Position numbers and translations under genes: made by a program. From positions 9,734 to 73,733 of the forward strand of contig UQHJ01000001.1 of assembly GCA_900540885.1 (NCBI GenBank): 64,000 nucleotides of DNA, in the 5' to 3' direction. The notes beneath the pieces were generated by a model. That model was not told the DNA's origin, made no database searches, and worked only from the letters and a program-made list of their open reading frames with translations. This DNA comes from an uncultured Prevotella sp. (lineage in GTDB: Bacteria > Bacteroidota > Bacteroidia > Bacteroidales > Bacteroidaceae). Positions 20,302 to 29,740 of this stretch are shown here, one piece after another; positions within the stretch are counted from its first letter, which is position 1; each line of letters opens with the position of its first letter.

Positions 20302-20715
20302 AGCGGCTGCAAAGGTAGTAATTTTTTATCGTTTGCAATGTTTTGCCTGATGTTTTTTACTGATTTTCTTATTAAAAACGGCACTCGATGGCCTTGCTTT
20401 TGTCACTTTGTAGTTTTGTAGGGCCCTGAAGTAGAAAAGAGTATGATGTTAAGATATTGGTTGATAGTTGCATATTTTGTCAATAATTATCACCATAGTT
20501 TGAATTTTTCAATGAGCCGTGGTGTAGCGATTGTTATTTGAGCATTGAGTCCTGTAATTGGATTGCTCAATTGTAGCCCCATTTTTCCCTATTTTCTTTA
20601 TTAAGAGATACTTCCATGTAATGCTTGTGCGATTCGTTTAAATCATGCGCAAACATGCAGGACCACAATCCATCACTTCGTTTTGGTTATATAGAGGAAA
20701 TTTTTCCATGCTGAT

Positions 20716-23469
20716 TTATTCTTTTCTAGGTGATTTGCTAAAATGATAGACGAGGCTTAGCATAAAATAACGGGGTACTACATTGTGCCATGTTTCTGTA
20801 CGGCCTTGGGCATTGAGTGTTCGCACGATGCTACGACGTTGTGCCAATATGTCATGACCTGAAAGTTTGAGTGACAGGGCTTTGCTCTTCAACATTCGTT
20901 TTGCCACGGCCATGTTCCATATCCACTCATGGCTATTCATAGAATGATCGGCATAACCCGAACGAACATAGTAAGTCAAGTCGGTGTCTATTACCATGTT
21001 CCAAGGCAAACTCCATTGGTTGGTAAAGGTGTACAGATGGTTGATGCTGTTAATGGTTTGGAAACCTGTGAGCTTGCTCGTAGCGTGCTGCCAATCAACG
21101 GCACTTTTAAGAGTAGCATTAAATAGTTTGCAGTGGTAAGCCAAAGCCACGTTCCCTTGCATGAACCAATTCTTAACCTCGCTCTTCACACTCGTCTGCA
21201 TAAGACTGGTTTGCTGAAAGTCTACACTGTTTTGAAAAGTTTCAGTTGCCGACACGTCAAATGTCCACTTTTGCTTTTTGTCCAAGCTACAAGCATAACC
21301 TACTGTTACATGTGTTTGCCAATTACCATTGATGTTTTGCGCCATTGATGTTGTTACGCCCGTTTCCGCATCGTAGTATCGAGCTTGCCCAACGGCATTT
21401 TGCTGAGCTGAATAGCCCCATTCTGCATTCAGGTTTTGTGCATGCTTCGTTTTGTTTAGGGTGTAGCCCAAAGTGGCATTATAGATGTTGGTGGGCTTTA
21501 AGGTGGTGTTACCTTTGGTGATGAATAGCGGATTGCTATCGTCAGTAACATCAAGCAACAAATTCATTTGAGGGGCAGTATGAGCTATCGAACCGCTCAT
21601 TTTTATATTTTTGAAACTAAGCGAGAAGGAAGGTTGCAACCATTGATAATGTTTCACTATGTGTCGTTGCTGATCTTTCATGCGCAAATCATCAATAACG
21701 TTGCGCGTGAAGGCCATGGGGAGTGCGGCATAGAAGTTCAAGCCATCCTTCATCAACAAATAGCGAAGCTCCGCTGTGTGCATGGTCTGGGATGTCGTTG
21801 TTTTATAAGTATTTGCCCAATCTGTTGCCAAAGCAAGTGAATCTGTGGTTGAAGGCAACTGTCCCAAATGCTTTCTGTCGGGCAATGCCCAATCGCCACC
21901 TAAGCGGTCAAAGCGGTAGTATTTTCTGTTACCCTGTTGATGCCTATGGTCAATGTTGTAGGTAGCATATAATTTATGAAACATGTTGCCATGCTCCTTT
22001 TCAATTAAGGCATAGCCTATGCTACCAAGCAATTGATAGTTCGACTGCTTATTGTGATCGTACCGATTGCGAAAGTCTGAAGTAGGGTCTGCACCTTGCG
22101 TTAGCAAACTATATAGTGAAGCCATCTTATCAGTAGCAGTATTGTAGTTGGCTGCAAAATTCACACCCAAATTTTTGTCATTCGGTAATTTCACTGTGGC
22201 ATTGAGCATAGCAGAATAGTTCAAACTATGGATCTTGTCGTGATTCAAATCTGTATAGTCGTTTACCATGCCTTCAACTACATTCGTCCATTCATTAGGA
22301 AGAGGTTGATTGCCTTGAACGGATTGTTGCGTGCCATTGCTTGATGTTGATGCATAAGTCAAATATTGGTCAAGGTGAATGTAAGCAAACGAGGTGGGAA
22401 TGCTCAACATACCATTCCAATTAAAGTTGTAATTATGGCTTTTATTTAATGACATACTTTTGCCGAATATGTTGCCAGACTCAAAGAAACTTACGAAATT
22501 ACCTCGACTTTCATTAATCTCTTTATCATGCGAAGCCTCTAAAGTAGTTGTAAAGCGAATGGGACGTTCGCTGTTCTTTCCTCCATAAAAAGAAGCAAAG
22601 ATTCCGCCTTTTTGCAGCGTGTTCTCTCCCATCATAGCATCTTCGTTCTCCCACTTGCCGTCAGTTCCAGCGCGTTGGTTGCTATTGGTATTGTTGGCAT
22701 TCCCATAAAAGCCCACACGTGCTCTGTCTGAAAAGTACGTTCCAAACACTCGGCCCAAGTATTTATTTTGCGTACCTCCACCAGCTTCAGCATTGGCTAT
22801 CCAGCCTTGGTGATATTCTTTCTTCAAAGTTACGTCAATCACCCATGGATCGTCAGCGTGTGGTTTGTTGTCCTTGCGCGTAAGGTAAGCATTGTCGGGC
22901 GCTTTCTGATAGGACTTTACGTTCTTCACCATATAGGCGGGCAGGTTTTCAAGGGCAACATTGGCGTCGCCATTGAAGAAGTCTTTGCCGTCAATCAGCA
23001 GGTTACTAACGCGGTTACCATTGACCGTAATGACACCACCTGCATTCAGCTTTACGCCAGGCAAACGTGATATGAGTTGGTCGAGCATAGAGCCTTCTGC
23101 CAACTCAAAAGCATCGGCATTGTACACTATGGTGTCGCCCTTCATCACCATCATCACCTTTGTGGCTGTTACGGTGGCTTCGTGCAGCGTGCGAGGGGCA
23201 CGTTTCAGCATGATGGGATCGGGGGCAATGTCATCTGCAGCATCCACTTTTACCAGTTGCGAAAGATAGCCTTTTTTTTCACACTGAATGTAATAGTAGG
23301 GACTGCTTCCCTCTATTTGAGAAGCATAGTAGTACTTCTTTCTATCACCCATATTGATTGTAATCATCTGACATGAATCGACAAAAGCTGAATCCTTGTC
23401 AAGAATGGTCACACTCGCTCCTTGAAGCGATATTTTGGTTGCTGCATCCTTCACCGTTATGGTGAACAT
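20716..23469 (-). CDS. outer-membrane beta-barrel protein, OMP_b-brl_3 / TonB-dependent-receptor-like with N-terminal carboxypeptidase-regulatory-like domain; reading frame lacks signal peptide because of upstream frameshift
   Basis: 917 aa. N-terminal ITVKDAATKISLQGASVTILD CarbopepD_reg-like. ATVTATKVMMVMKGDTIVYNADAF plug-like motif. C-terminal aromatic-rich barrel ending …PRYFMLSLVYHFSK. Paralog of 26708-29632. Confidence 0.75.
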   Translation of the reverse strand: MFTITVKDAATKISLQGASVTILDKDSAFVDSCQMITINMGDRKKYYYASQIEGSSPYYYIQCEKKGYLSQLVKVDAADDIAPDPIMLKRAPRTLHEATVTATKVMMVMKGDTIVYNADAFELAEGSMLDQLISRLPGVKLNAGGVITVNGNRVSNLLIDGKDFFNGDANVALENLPAYMVKNVKSYQKAPDNAYLTRKDNKPHADDPWVIDVTLKKEYHQGWIANAEAGGGTQNKYLGRVFGTYFSDRARVGFYGNANNTNSNQRAGTDGKWENEDAMMGENTLQKGGIFASFYGGKNSERPIRFTTTLEASHDKEINESRGNFVSFFESGNIFGKSMSLNKSHNYNFNWNGMLSIPTSFAYIHLDQYLTYASTSSNGTQQSVQGNQPLPNEWTNVVEGMVNDYTDLNHDKIHSLNYSAMLNATVKLPNDKNLGVNFAANYNTATDKMASLYSLLTQGADPTSDFRNRYDHNKQSNYQLLGSIGYALIEKEHGNMFHKLYATYNIDHRHQQGNRKYYRFDRLGGDWALPDRKHLGQLPSTTDSLALATDWANTYKTTTSQTMHTAELRYLLMKDGLNFYAALPMAFTRNVIDDLRMKDQQRHIVKHYQWLQPSFSLSFKNIKMSGSIAHTAPQMNLLLDVTDDSNPLFITKGNTTLKPTNIYNATLGYTLNKTKHAQNLNAEWGYSAQQNAVGQARYYDAETGVTTSMAQNINGNWQTHVTVGYACSLDKKQKWTFDVSATETFQNSVDFQQTSLMQTSVKSEVKNWFMQGNVALAYHCKLFNATLKSAVDWQHATSKLTGFQTINSINHLYTFTNQWSLPWNMVIDTDLTYYVRSGYADHSMNSHEWIWNMAVAKRMLKSKALSLKLSGHDILAQRRSIVRTLNAQGRTETWHNVVPRYFMLSLVYHFSKSPRKE

Positions 23470-23525
23470 TTGTCCGTAAGACGCGATGCTTTGAAGTGCG
23501 AATAAAAAAATATTAAGTGTCTCAT
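23470..23525 (-). other. detached signal-peptide exon of the OMP gene (frameshift in A7 tract 23504-23510)
   Basis: ATG at 23525 encodes MRHLIFF… and terminates out of frame. Adding one A to the A7 run gives MRHLIFFLFALQSIASYGQ fused in frame to MFTITVKD…. Confidence 0.6.
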
Positions 23526-23973
23526 TGCAAATTACTTATTTAAAGGAAAACTTGTTTTATCGGGATTTTTTTGCATTTGATAGCAAAGTTAAAAAAAAAG
23601 AACAAAACGTATTTGCTTACATTATTTTTTCAATGTTGTATACCATACAAAGTATAGCGATATGGATGCTCATAATATAGATTGTCAACATAATTAGTTG
23701 TATAAGGAATTTGAACTTCTATTGCTTTTTCTACTTTTGGTCTTGCAAATCAATAGGGGGGCAATTTTTATTTTAAACATCAGATGTACTAATTTGTATA
23801 CATCCAATGCATCGAATAGCGTTTGCAAAAATATAATAATGAATGCTCATGAACAAGTGATATTTTCCTATCTGTGACATTTTAATATAATGTAAACACT
23901 TGAAAATCAATGATTAATCAGTTATGTTGCATCTAAAAATACCCTTAAAATGTCACAAACTTTTTTAGATCTA

Positions 23974-24241
23974 TGTTGATTCGTGTGGGTAAACTGCAAT
24001 TTATCTGCCTAATTGGGGGACGCGCCCTCACCTGGGGGCGACGCGTCCCCGCGTCGGCATTGCCAACTTGGGGTTCGATGCCCCAAGTTGGCAATACTTA
24101 AAGTATGGATATTCATGTATTTGCATGTCAAGGCCTCGAGCCTTGACTTACAAATGCCGACGCGGGGACGCGTCGCCCCCAGGTTAGGACCCGCCCCCCA
24201 ATTAGGCAGATAAATTGCAGTTTACCCACACGAATCAACAT
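23974..24241. repeat. 268-bp compound foldback element with 46-bp perfect terminal inverted repeats (ATGTTGATTCGTGTGGGTAAACTGCAATTTATCTGCCTAATTGGGGG)
   Basis: Whole element is a near-perfect palindrome with nested inner inverted repeats and small hairpins. ORF 24013-24213 inside is spurious. Confidence 0.75.
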
Positions 24242-24317
24242 AGCCCAAACATTCTTTTAGAATTTTCCTATTTGTTATATTTTATTGTGAGTTATCACGG
24301 ATTATCTTATCTTTGCC

Positions 24318-24463
24318 TAAGATAGGCTGCGGCTCAGCAAAACGTTCAAGCAAGCTTGACGTTCTGCATTCGCCTTGCACTATCTTTGCACAAGATAGGC
24401 TGCGGCTCAGCAAAACGTTCAAGCAAGCTTGACATTTTGCATTCGCCTTGCACTATCTTTGCA
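24318..24463 (+). repeat. two tandem 73-bp units of the promoter-bearing repeat family, ending 32 bp before the TPR regulator ATG
   Basis: taagataggctgcggctcagcaaaacgttcaagcaagcttgacRtt(c/t)tgcattcgccttgcactatctttgca ×2. Core palindrome aacgttcaagcaagcttgacgtt. Confidence 0.7.
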
Positions 24464-24494
24464 TCATAAAGAAATCCGCAATCAGCATACCCCT

Positions 24495-26122
24495 ATGAAG
24501 TACAAGTTCTTTAATATTATTTTTGCTATTATCTCATTAAGTTTCCTATTATGTTGTCAATCACAAACACATAAGGAGTTGTGTAATGCTGACAATCTGC
24601 TTGAAACGAATATAGACTCTGCTCAAAGAATCGTACAGTCAATTCAACCGAGTTCATTGCATAGCTTGGCAGATAGTGCGTATTATGTGTTACTGAAAAG
24701 TATTATAATCTATAAGCGCTATGAAAAGCAACCTACTTCTACACTTGATTTCCCCGTTCAGTTTTATGAAAAGGAGGAGAACTATAGACTCTTACAAAAA
24801 GCATACTATTATCGGGGAGCTATAAATGTTGATAATAAAGGTAAAGCGGAGATTAGCGCGCTTGACTTTAAGAAAGCGGAAAACTTGAATGAAATCGTAA
24901 GAGATTCTTCTTTAATAAAGAAATTATATGGATCGATGACTAGTCTGTATTTTTCAAGCAAAAATTATCATGAACATTTAATTTACGAAAAGAAATCTTT
25001 AAAATTAGCACAACAACTGGATGACAAAGAATTGCAAGCTTGTTACTATAGTGGCATGGCTATATGCCTTAAGGCTTTAGGTTGGCTGCGCCATACGTTG
25101 ATTCATCATTGTCTTTTGTCAATTATATGCCTCAAAAGGAAAGCCAATCTGCCATCTATTGTAATAGTGGTAATTTTTTTGTCGATCATGATCTTAACAA
25201 GGCAAGTTCCTATTATCGTAAGGCATTATCTCTAAATCCCAACAATGAATTAGCAATGTTTGGAATGCTAAAAGTAGCAGTATATAAAGAAGATGAAAAG
25301 AACATTGACTACTGGGAAAGCAAGATATCTACTACCAACGATAATGAGCTAAAAGAAGAGATCTATCAGCTTTTAAAGAACGATGCGCAAAAGAAAGGCC
25401 AATTTAAAAAGGCCTATTTCTATTCAAAAAAAATAGATAGTCTCAATTTTAAACTGAAAGCAGCCATAACAACTTATAAGGTGGAGAGCGTTCAAAAATC
25501 ATATAAACATTCCGTAAACGATGAACTAATGACTAAACAAGCTCATCATAAACTCTATACAAGCCTTATAGGTTGTACCATATTGTTGATATTGACTTCA
25601 TTTATGATTGTAATGAATAAAAGAGGGAAAAATAACATTAACTCATTAGAAATAAATGTAAGCCAACTTGGTAATAAAAATAAAACAATGGAAACTTCCA
25701 TTAAGGAAAAGAATGACATCATCACTCAGCTACAACAACAAATAAAAGTGATAGAAGAATCTAACAAAGTTGAGAAAAAGGCATCAAAAAAATCTATAGA
25801 AGAAATAAAGCAGGGGTTAGCTATTTTGCTTCGTGTATTCCAAAACGAAAAAGGTGCTTTATACGACAATAAGAGCAGAAAATTATTCATTTTGTGTTAT
25901 AAAATCATAGATAAAGATTTTATATCAAAATTAGAAAATGAGGCAACACTGCAAGAACAGCTAATCTGTGTGCTTATACATAATAATTTTTCAAAAGAAC
26001 AGATTATTAATGTACTATCATTATCTGATGAAGCTTTTCGAAAACAAAAAAGTCGTACATTGAACAAGCTCAAAGATAAGGAAGGACTACAGGACGTTTG
26101 TGACATTTTAAGCATAATTTAA
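24495..26122 (+). pseudogene. frameshifted TPR-repeat sensor / LuxR-type HTH one-component regulator (lipoprotein signal, periplasmic TPR, single TM, cytoplasmic HTH)
   Basis: Two overlapping frames (24495-25235 and 25082-26122) carry one continuous TPR protein. Both frames are open over 25073-25235. Upstream frame MKYKFFNIIFAIISLSFLLCCQ… (lipobox). Downstream frame carries the TM segment LYTSLIGCTILLILTSFMIVM and C-terminal LQEQLICVLIHNNFSKEQIINVLSLSDEAFRKQKSRTLNKL (LuxR/sigma-r4-like HTH). Confidence 0.55.
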
Positions 26123-26237
26123 TGTGAAATTTGTACATATTACGTTGATAATCAGCAATATGCACATTCTATGAATGTCACAAGAGGTTGATGCAGCACA
26201 GTTATTACCTTTGCACTGACTTATTAAATTAGTAAAG

Positions 26238-26615
26238 ATGATAACAACTTCATTAACATTGGTTACTGCTGCATTTACAATTGCTCAGCCAGTTAACATA
26301 ACCAATATCCCGTTTAAGAAGGTAAATGTCTCATACGACATAAAGCCCAATATACAACGTTCCCCAAACAATTTTGCCGCAAACGTTCATGCAATGATTC
26401 AAAATGGTCGTTTAGTTGTATTGTTTGCAGATAATTCGTTTTCTAACATAGAAGTGACATTAAGCTGCAACAACACCGTTCTTTTTTTCAACCACTATTC
26501 ACACATGGTTGGCGAAGACATTACTCTGCCCGTTCAAGTTACGGAGGTCGGGGAATACACTATTGACATCCAAAAGGACGCTGTGCATTACGTTGCTACA
26601 TTCTGTGTAGAATAA
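26238..26615 (+). CDS. small secreted protein (DUF3244-like beta-sandwich candidate)
   Basis: 125 aa. N-terminal signal-like segment. Directly downstream of the TPR/HTH regulator. Confidence 0.45.
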   Translation: MITTSLTLVTAAFTIAQPVNITNIPFKKVNVSYDIKPNIQRSPNNFAANVHAMIQNGRLVVLFADNSFSNIEVTLSCNNTVLFFNHYSHMVGEDITLPVQVTEVGEYTIDIQKDAVHYVATFCVE

Positions 26616-26654
26616 CATGATTTTGTAAAGAAACGGTGGGGAAAGATAATCTCC

Positions 26655-26699
26655 TCAAGTTTCGGATTCAGCCCGCCCTTGCTAAATCCGAAACTTGAG
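26655..26699. repeat. REP-like hairpin TCAAGTTTCGGATT-[cagcccgcccttgct]-AAATCCGAAACTTGAG between convergent genes
   Basis: 14-bp stem. Same element with inverted loop at 39368-39412. Half copy at 31796-31818. Confidence 0.7.
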
Positions 26700-26707
26700 T
26701 AAAAATT

Positions 26708-29632
26708 TTATTCTCTTTTGTTTTTGTTCTTTTGTGTCCAATCCAAAGAATAGATAACACTCAGCATAAAGTAGCGCGGAAGAATGTCGGTGTAAGATTC
26801 TACGCGACTTATGGCATTGATGTTTGAATAAATATTGTTTTTGGGTGTAAGTATGCCATGAGCTATTAAGCGAACTGATAATTTGTCAGACAAAAAATGG
26901 CGTGCCAAAGAAGCGTTCCACTGACAATGCGCCTTGTTGACAGATGCATCGGCAAAGCCATTATAGATGTTGGCACAAAAGTCTGAAGCCAATTGGAATT
27001 TCCAAGGCAAATCCCAACTAAAGTCGGCTGCCAACCTCGTTTCGCGATAGTGTGTGTCCATACTACTTTGCTTAATAGTGCTAAACGCTGTATTCCAACG
27101 GCCTGAGAAGCGGAATTTATTGCCTACTGTTCCACGAAGTATGGCATTGGGGGTTACTCCGTATTGCTGCAATAAGCCACCTTTTTCGGTTGCTGCGTTA
27201 AGTTGTGACATATCTGCGTTCTGACGATAGTTGCCGCGCACCGAAAGGGTGATATAGAATCTTTGATTCTTATCGAGAGGCAAACTATACCCTACATCGC
27301 CATTGGCTGCATGCGTGCGGTTGGTGTTAACCATTTCGTAGATGCGTCCACCGTTTTCGGCATTGTAGATAGATGATGCTACAATGTCATTATGCGTGCG
27401 CGTGTATTGTATTGAAATATAAGTGCTATGCCCGCTTCTGCGCTGATTCATGCCATAGCGGAAAGCCAACTGGTGGTCATATATGCCTTGAAGTGAAGCA
27501 TTACCACGGAAGAGGTTGAGCGGGTCGGCATTGTCTTCAATCTGAAGCATGTTGAGTAGGTTGGGCAGTTGCTGCTTGCCTGTGTAGTTGAGTCGAAGCT
27601 CTGGCGACCACTTGTGTTTTCCATTCGACCGATACTCCATAGTGAGTGTGGGACGGAATGAATAGGCATGGCGATCTATATCGTAAGATTGCTCGTTACG
27701 CTGATAGTCCAAATGTTTGTATTGAAGCACGGCACCCAAGTCAGCATCAAATTGAATATTTCCACGCTTTAGTCCTGTCAGTTTGTGCGAAAGACGCATA
27801 CCGACACTACCCGTTTGCTTCTTTTCTTTGCTATAATAGCTGTTTTCATTGTCAAAACAAATGGCTTGCCATTCGCCATCGGGCAATATGCCTAACGAAC
27901 CTTTTGTCCACTCCAATGCATCTGACCACTCTTGCATGCGTTCCAAACGATAGTAAGGGTGTGATAAGTTGCCGTAGGTATGGTTAAAGGCTACGTAAGG
28001 GGTAAATACACCATCATATTTATCGTTTTTAAAGTACTTGTAGCCATAATCTATCGTGGCATCAACCGTCGTATTGTGCTTCGTATGATTATTATAGATG
28101 CGACGGTGGTCGTTGTCTTGCGTACTAAGATAGTCTAACTTATAATTATTGTACAAGTCGTTTTGTACATTGTTATGATTTACTTGCAAGTCTATATTAA
28201 AGGGGTTGCCACCTAAAACCAATGATGTTTTCCACTCGGGCTTGTAAGTAAACGTTTTTTGCTTTTGTAGTGTAGGATTGAGTAGCGTGTAAAGTATGTC
28301 GTCTGACGACAAGTGCGTTACATTATTCCAAATGCTATCTACCTCCCAAGTATGCCAATCCTGATCTCCCCTTTTCCAAAAGGCAAGTGTAAGGGCATCT
28401 TGTGCATTGCGCATATTATCAAAAGTAAAGTCAAACTTCAGTTCGCTCTGCCACTTCTTCGTTTGTCTGGCGCGAAGGGCGGCATAAGCGTTAATACGCG
28501 TGTCTTTGTCTGAAACGAAGGTTTTATTCTTCGCCATTAGGTTATCGGGTGTGAGGAATGTTTCCGTATTCGTCCACGTATGGGTCTTTTGCTCTTTTTG
28601 TTGTACGGAGGCGTTGCTGCTAAATCGCCACGTGCTATTAGGCTCAAAAAAATACTCAATATTCGCTACTTTATTTTTATGTCTTCCCGTTGGATAGCTA
28701 TTAACCATGTTGCATATATCTACCATTTTACGTTCTTCATTGAAGTTATTGACGTCTGCATCAATGCTAAGCATTTGTCTGTCATCCATACGCATCAAGA
28801 AGCCTTGTCCGCCCCACAACTTTTCGGTAGCAACGTCAGCTCCGAGTTTAGCCATCCAGGTGCCAAGGTATTCACGCTTCAAATGCACGTCCATCACATA
28901 TTGCTTATCGTGCATGTCTCGTCCCGTCAATTCGCTCAGTTCTCCTTGTTTGTCGTACACCTTTAGCTTGCTCACAATGTAGGCTGGCAGGCGGTCGAGT
29001 GCAGCATCTATGTTGCCATTGAAAAAGTCTTTTCCACTGAATAGCAAACTCTCAATGGCTTTACCGTTGACATAAATCACACCTTCTTCAATCTTGGTAT
29101 TAGGTAGTTGCAGCACCAATTTGCGAAGTGATTCATTCTTGAGTATATTAAAGGCATCAGCATTGTATACCAACGTATCCCCTTTATAATACATCTTAAT
29201 CTTCGTCGCTGTAACCGTAGCTTCGTTGAGATTACGTTGTTTCATAGCGGGAAGGAGGTTAATCGTTCCTACATCGATGCGTTTCTTCTCTGAATCTATA
29301 TGTATGTTTTTCTTTACGCTATCGTAGCCCGAAGCACTAACTATTAGCACTACGTCTTGAAAGTTTGAAGAGATTTTGAGATTAAAAACGGCACCACTAT
29401 TCTTGTCGAGATATCCCATTGAGTTGCCATTTCTTTCCTCCACAATCATGTTGAGTTTTGCTTTGGTTACTGCCAAAACGCTATTGTTGGCTACATTCAG
29501 CACCTTAATGGTTGCTTCATGCACTCCTTCGTTGGTAATTGGATTGATTACTTCGCCCGTCAACACTATATTCTGAGCAGAGGCTGCTGAGAAAAATGTA
29601 GACATTAGCAAAATAAAGAGTATTTTATACAT
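26708..29632 (-). CDS. outer-membrane beta-barrel protein (OMP_b-brl_3 / TonB-dependent-receptor-like, N-terminal carboxypeptidase-regulatory-like domain)
   Basis: 974 aa with intact signal peptide MYKILFILLMSTFFSAASAQ. ATVTATKIKMYYKGDTLVYNADAF motif. C-terminal …PRYFMLSVIYSLDW. Paralog of 20716-23469. Confidence 0.8.
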   Translation of the reverse strand: MYKILFILLMSTFFSAASAQNIVLTGEVINPITNEGVHEATIKVLNVANNSVLAVTKAKLNMIVEERNGNSMGYLDKNSGAVFNLKISSNFQDVVLIVSASGYDSVKKNIHIDSEKKRIDVGTINLLPAMKQRNLNEATVTATKIKMYYKGDTLVYNADAFNILKNESLRKLVLQLPNTKIEEGVIYVNGKAIESLLFSGKDFFNGNIDAALDRLPAYIVSKLKVYDKQGELSELTGRDMHDKQYVMDVHLKREYLGTWMAKLGADVATEKLWGGQGFLMRMDDRQMLSIDADVNNFNEERKMVDICNMVNSYPTGRHKNKVANIEYFFEPNSTWRFSSNASVQQKEQKTHTWTNTETFLTPDNLMAKNKTFVSDKDTRINAYAALRARQTKKWQSELKFDFTFDNMRNAQDALTLAFWKRGDQDWHTWEVDSIWNNVTHLSSDDILYTLLNPTLQKQKTFTYKPEWKTSLVLGGNPFNIDLQVNHNNVQNDLYNNYKLDYLSTQDNDHRRIYNNHTKHNTTVDATIDYGYKYFKNDKYDGVFTPYVAFNHTYGNLSHPYYRLERMQEWSDALEWTKGSLGILPDGEWQAICFDNENSYYSKEKKQTGSVGMRLSHKLTGLKRGNIQFDADLGAVLQYKHLDYQRNEQSYDIDRHAYSFRPTLTMEYRSNGKHKWSPELRLNYTGKQQLPNLLNMLQIEDNADPLNLFRGNASLQGIYDHQLAFRYGMNQRRSGHSTYISIQYTRTHNDIVASSIYNAENGGRIYEMVNTNRTHAANGDVGYSLPLDKNQRFYITLSVRGNYRQNADMSQLNAATEKGGLLQQYGVTPNAILRGTVGNKFRFSGRWNTAFSTIKQSSMDTHYRETRLAADFSWDLPWKFQLASDFCANIYNGFADASVNKAHCQWNASLARHFLSDKLSVRLIAHGILTPKNNIYSNINAISRVESYTDILPRYFMLSVIYSLDWTQKNKNKRE

Positions 29633-29740
29633 GGCAGAAAACGTTTTAAGAAGGCGAGTGTGTAACCTTATTGCAGCTGCACACTCGCATACGTAATCCC
29701 TTAATGGGATGAGATTATTAGATAAACGTGAAGTTCCTAT

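Noticed and set aside
24013-24213. 66-aa ORF inside the 268-bp foldback element
   Set aside because: Lies entirely within a near-perfect palindrome. Gly/Pro/Arg-rich translation is a by-product of GC-rich hairpin arms.
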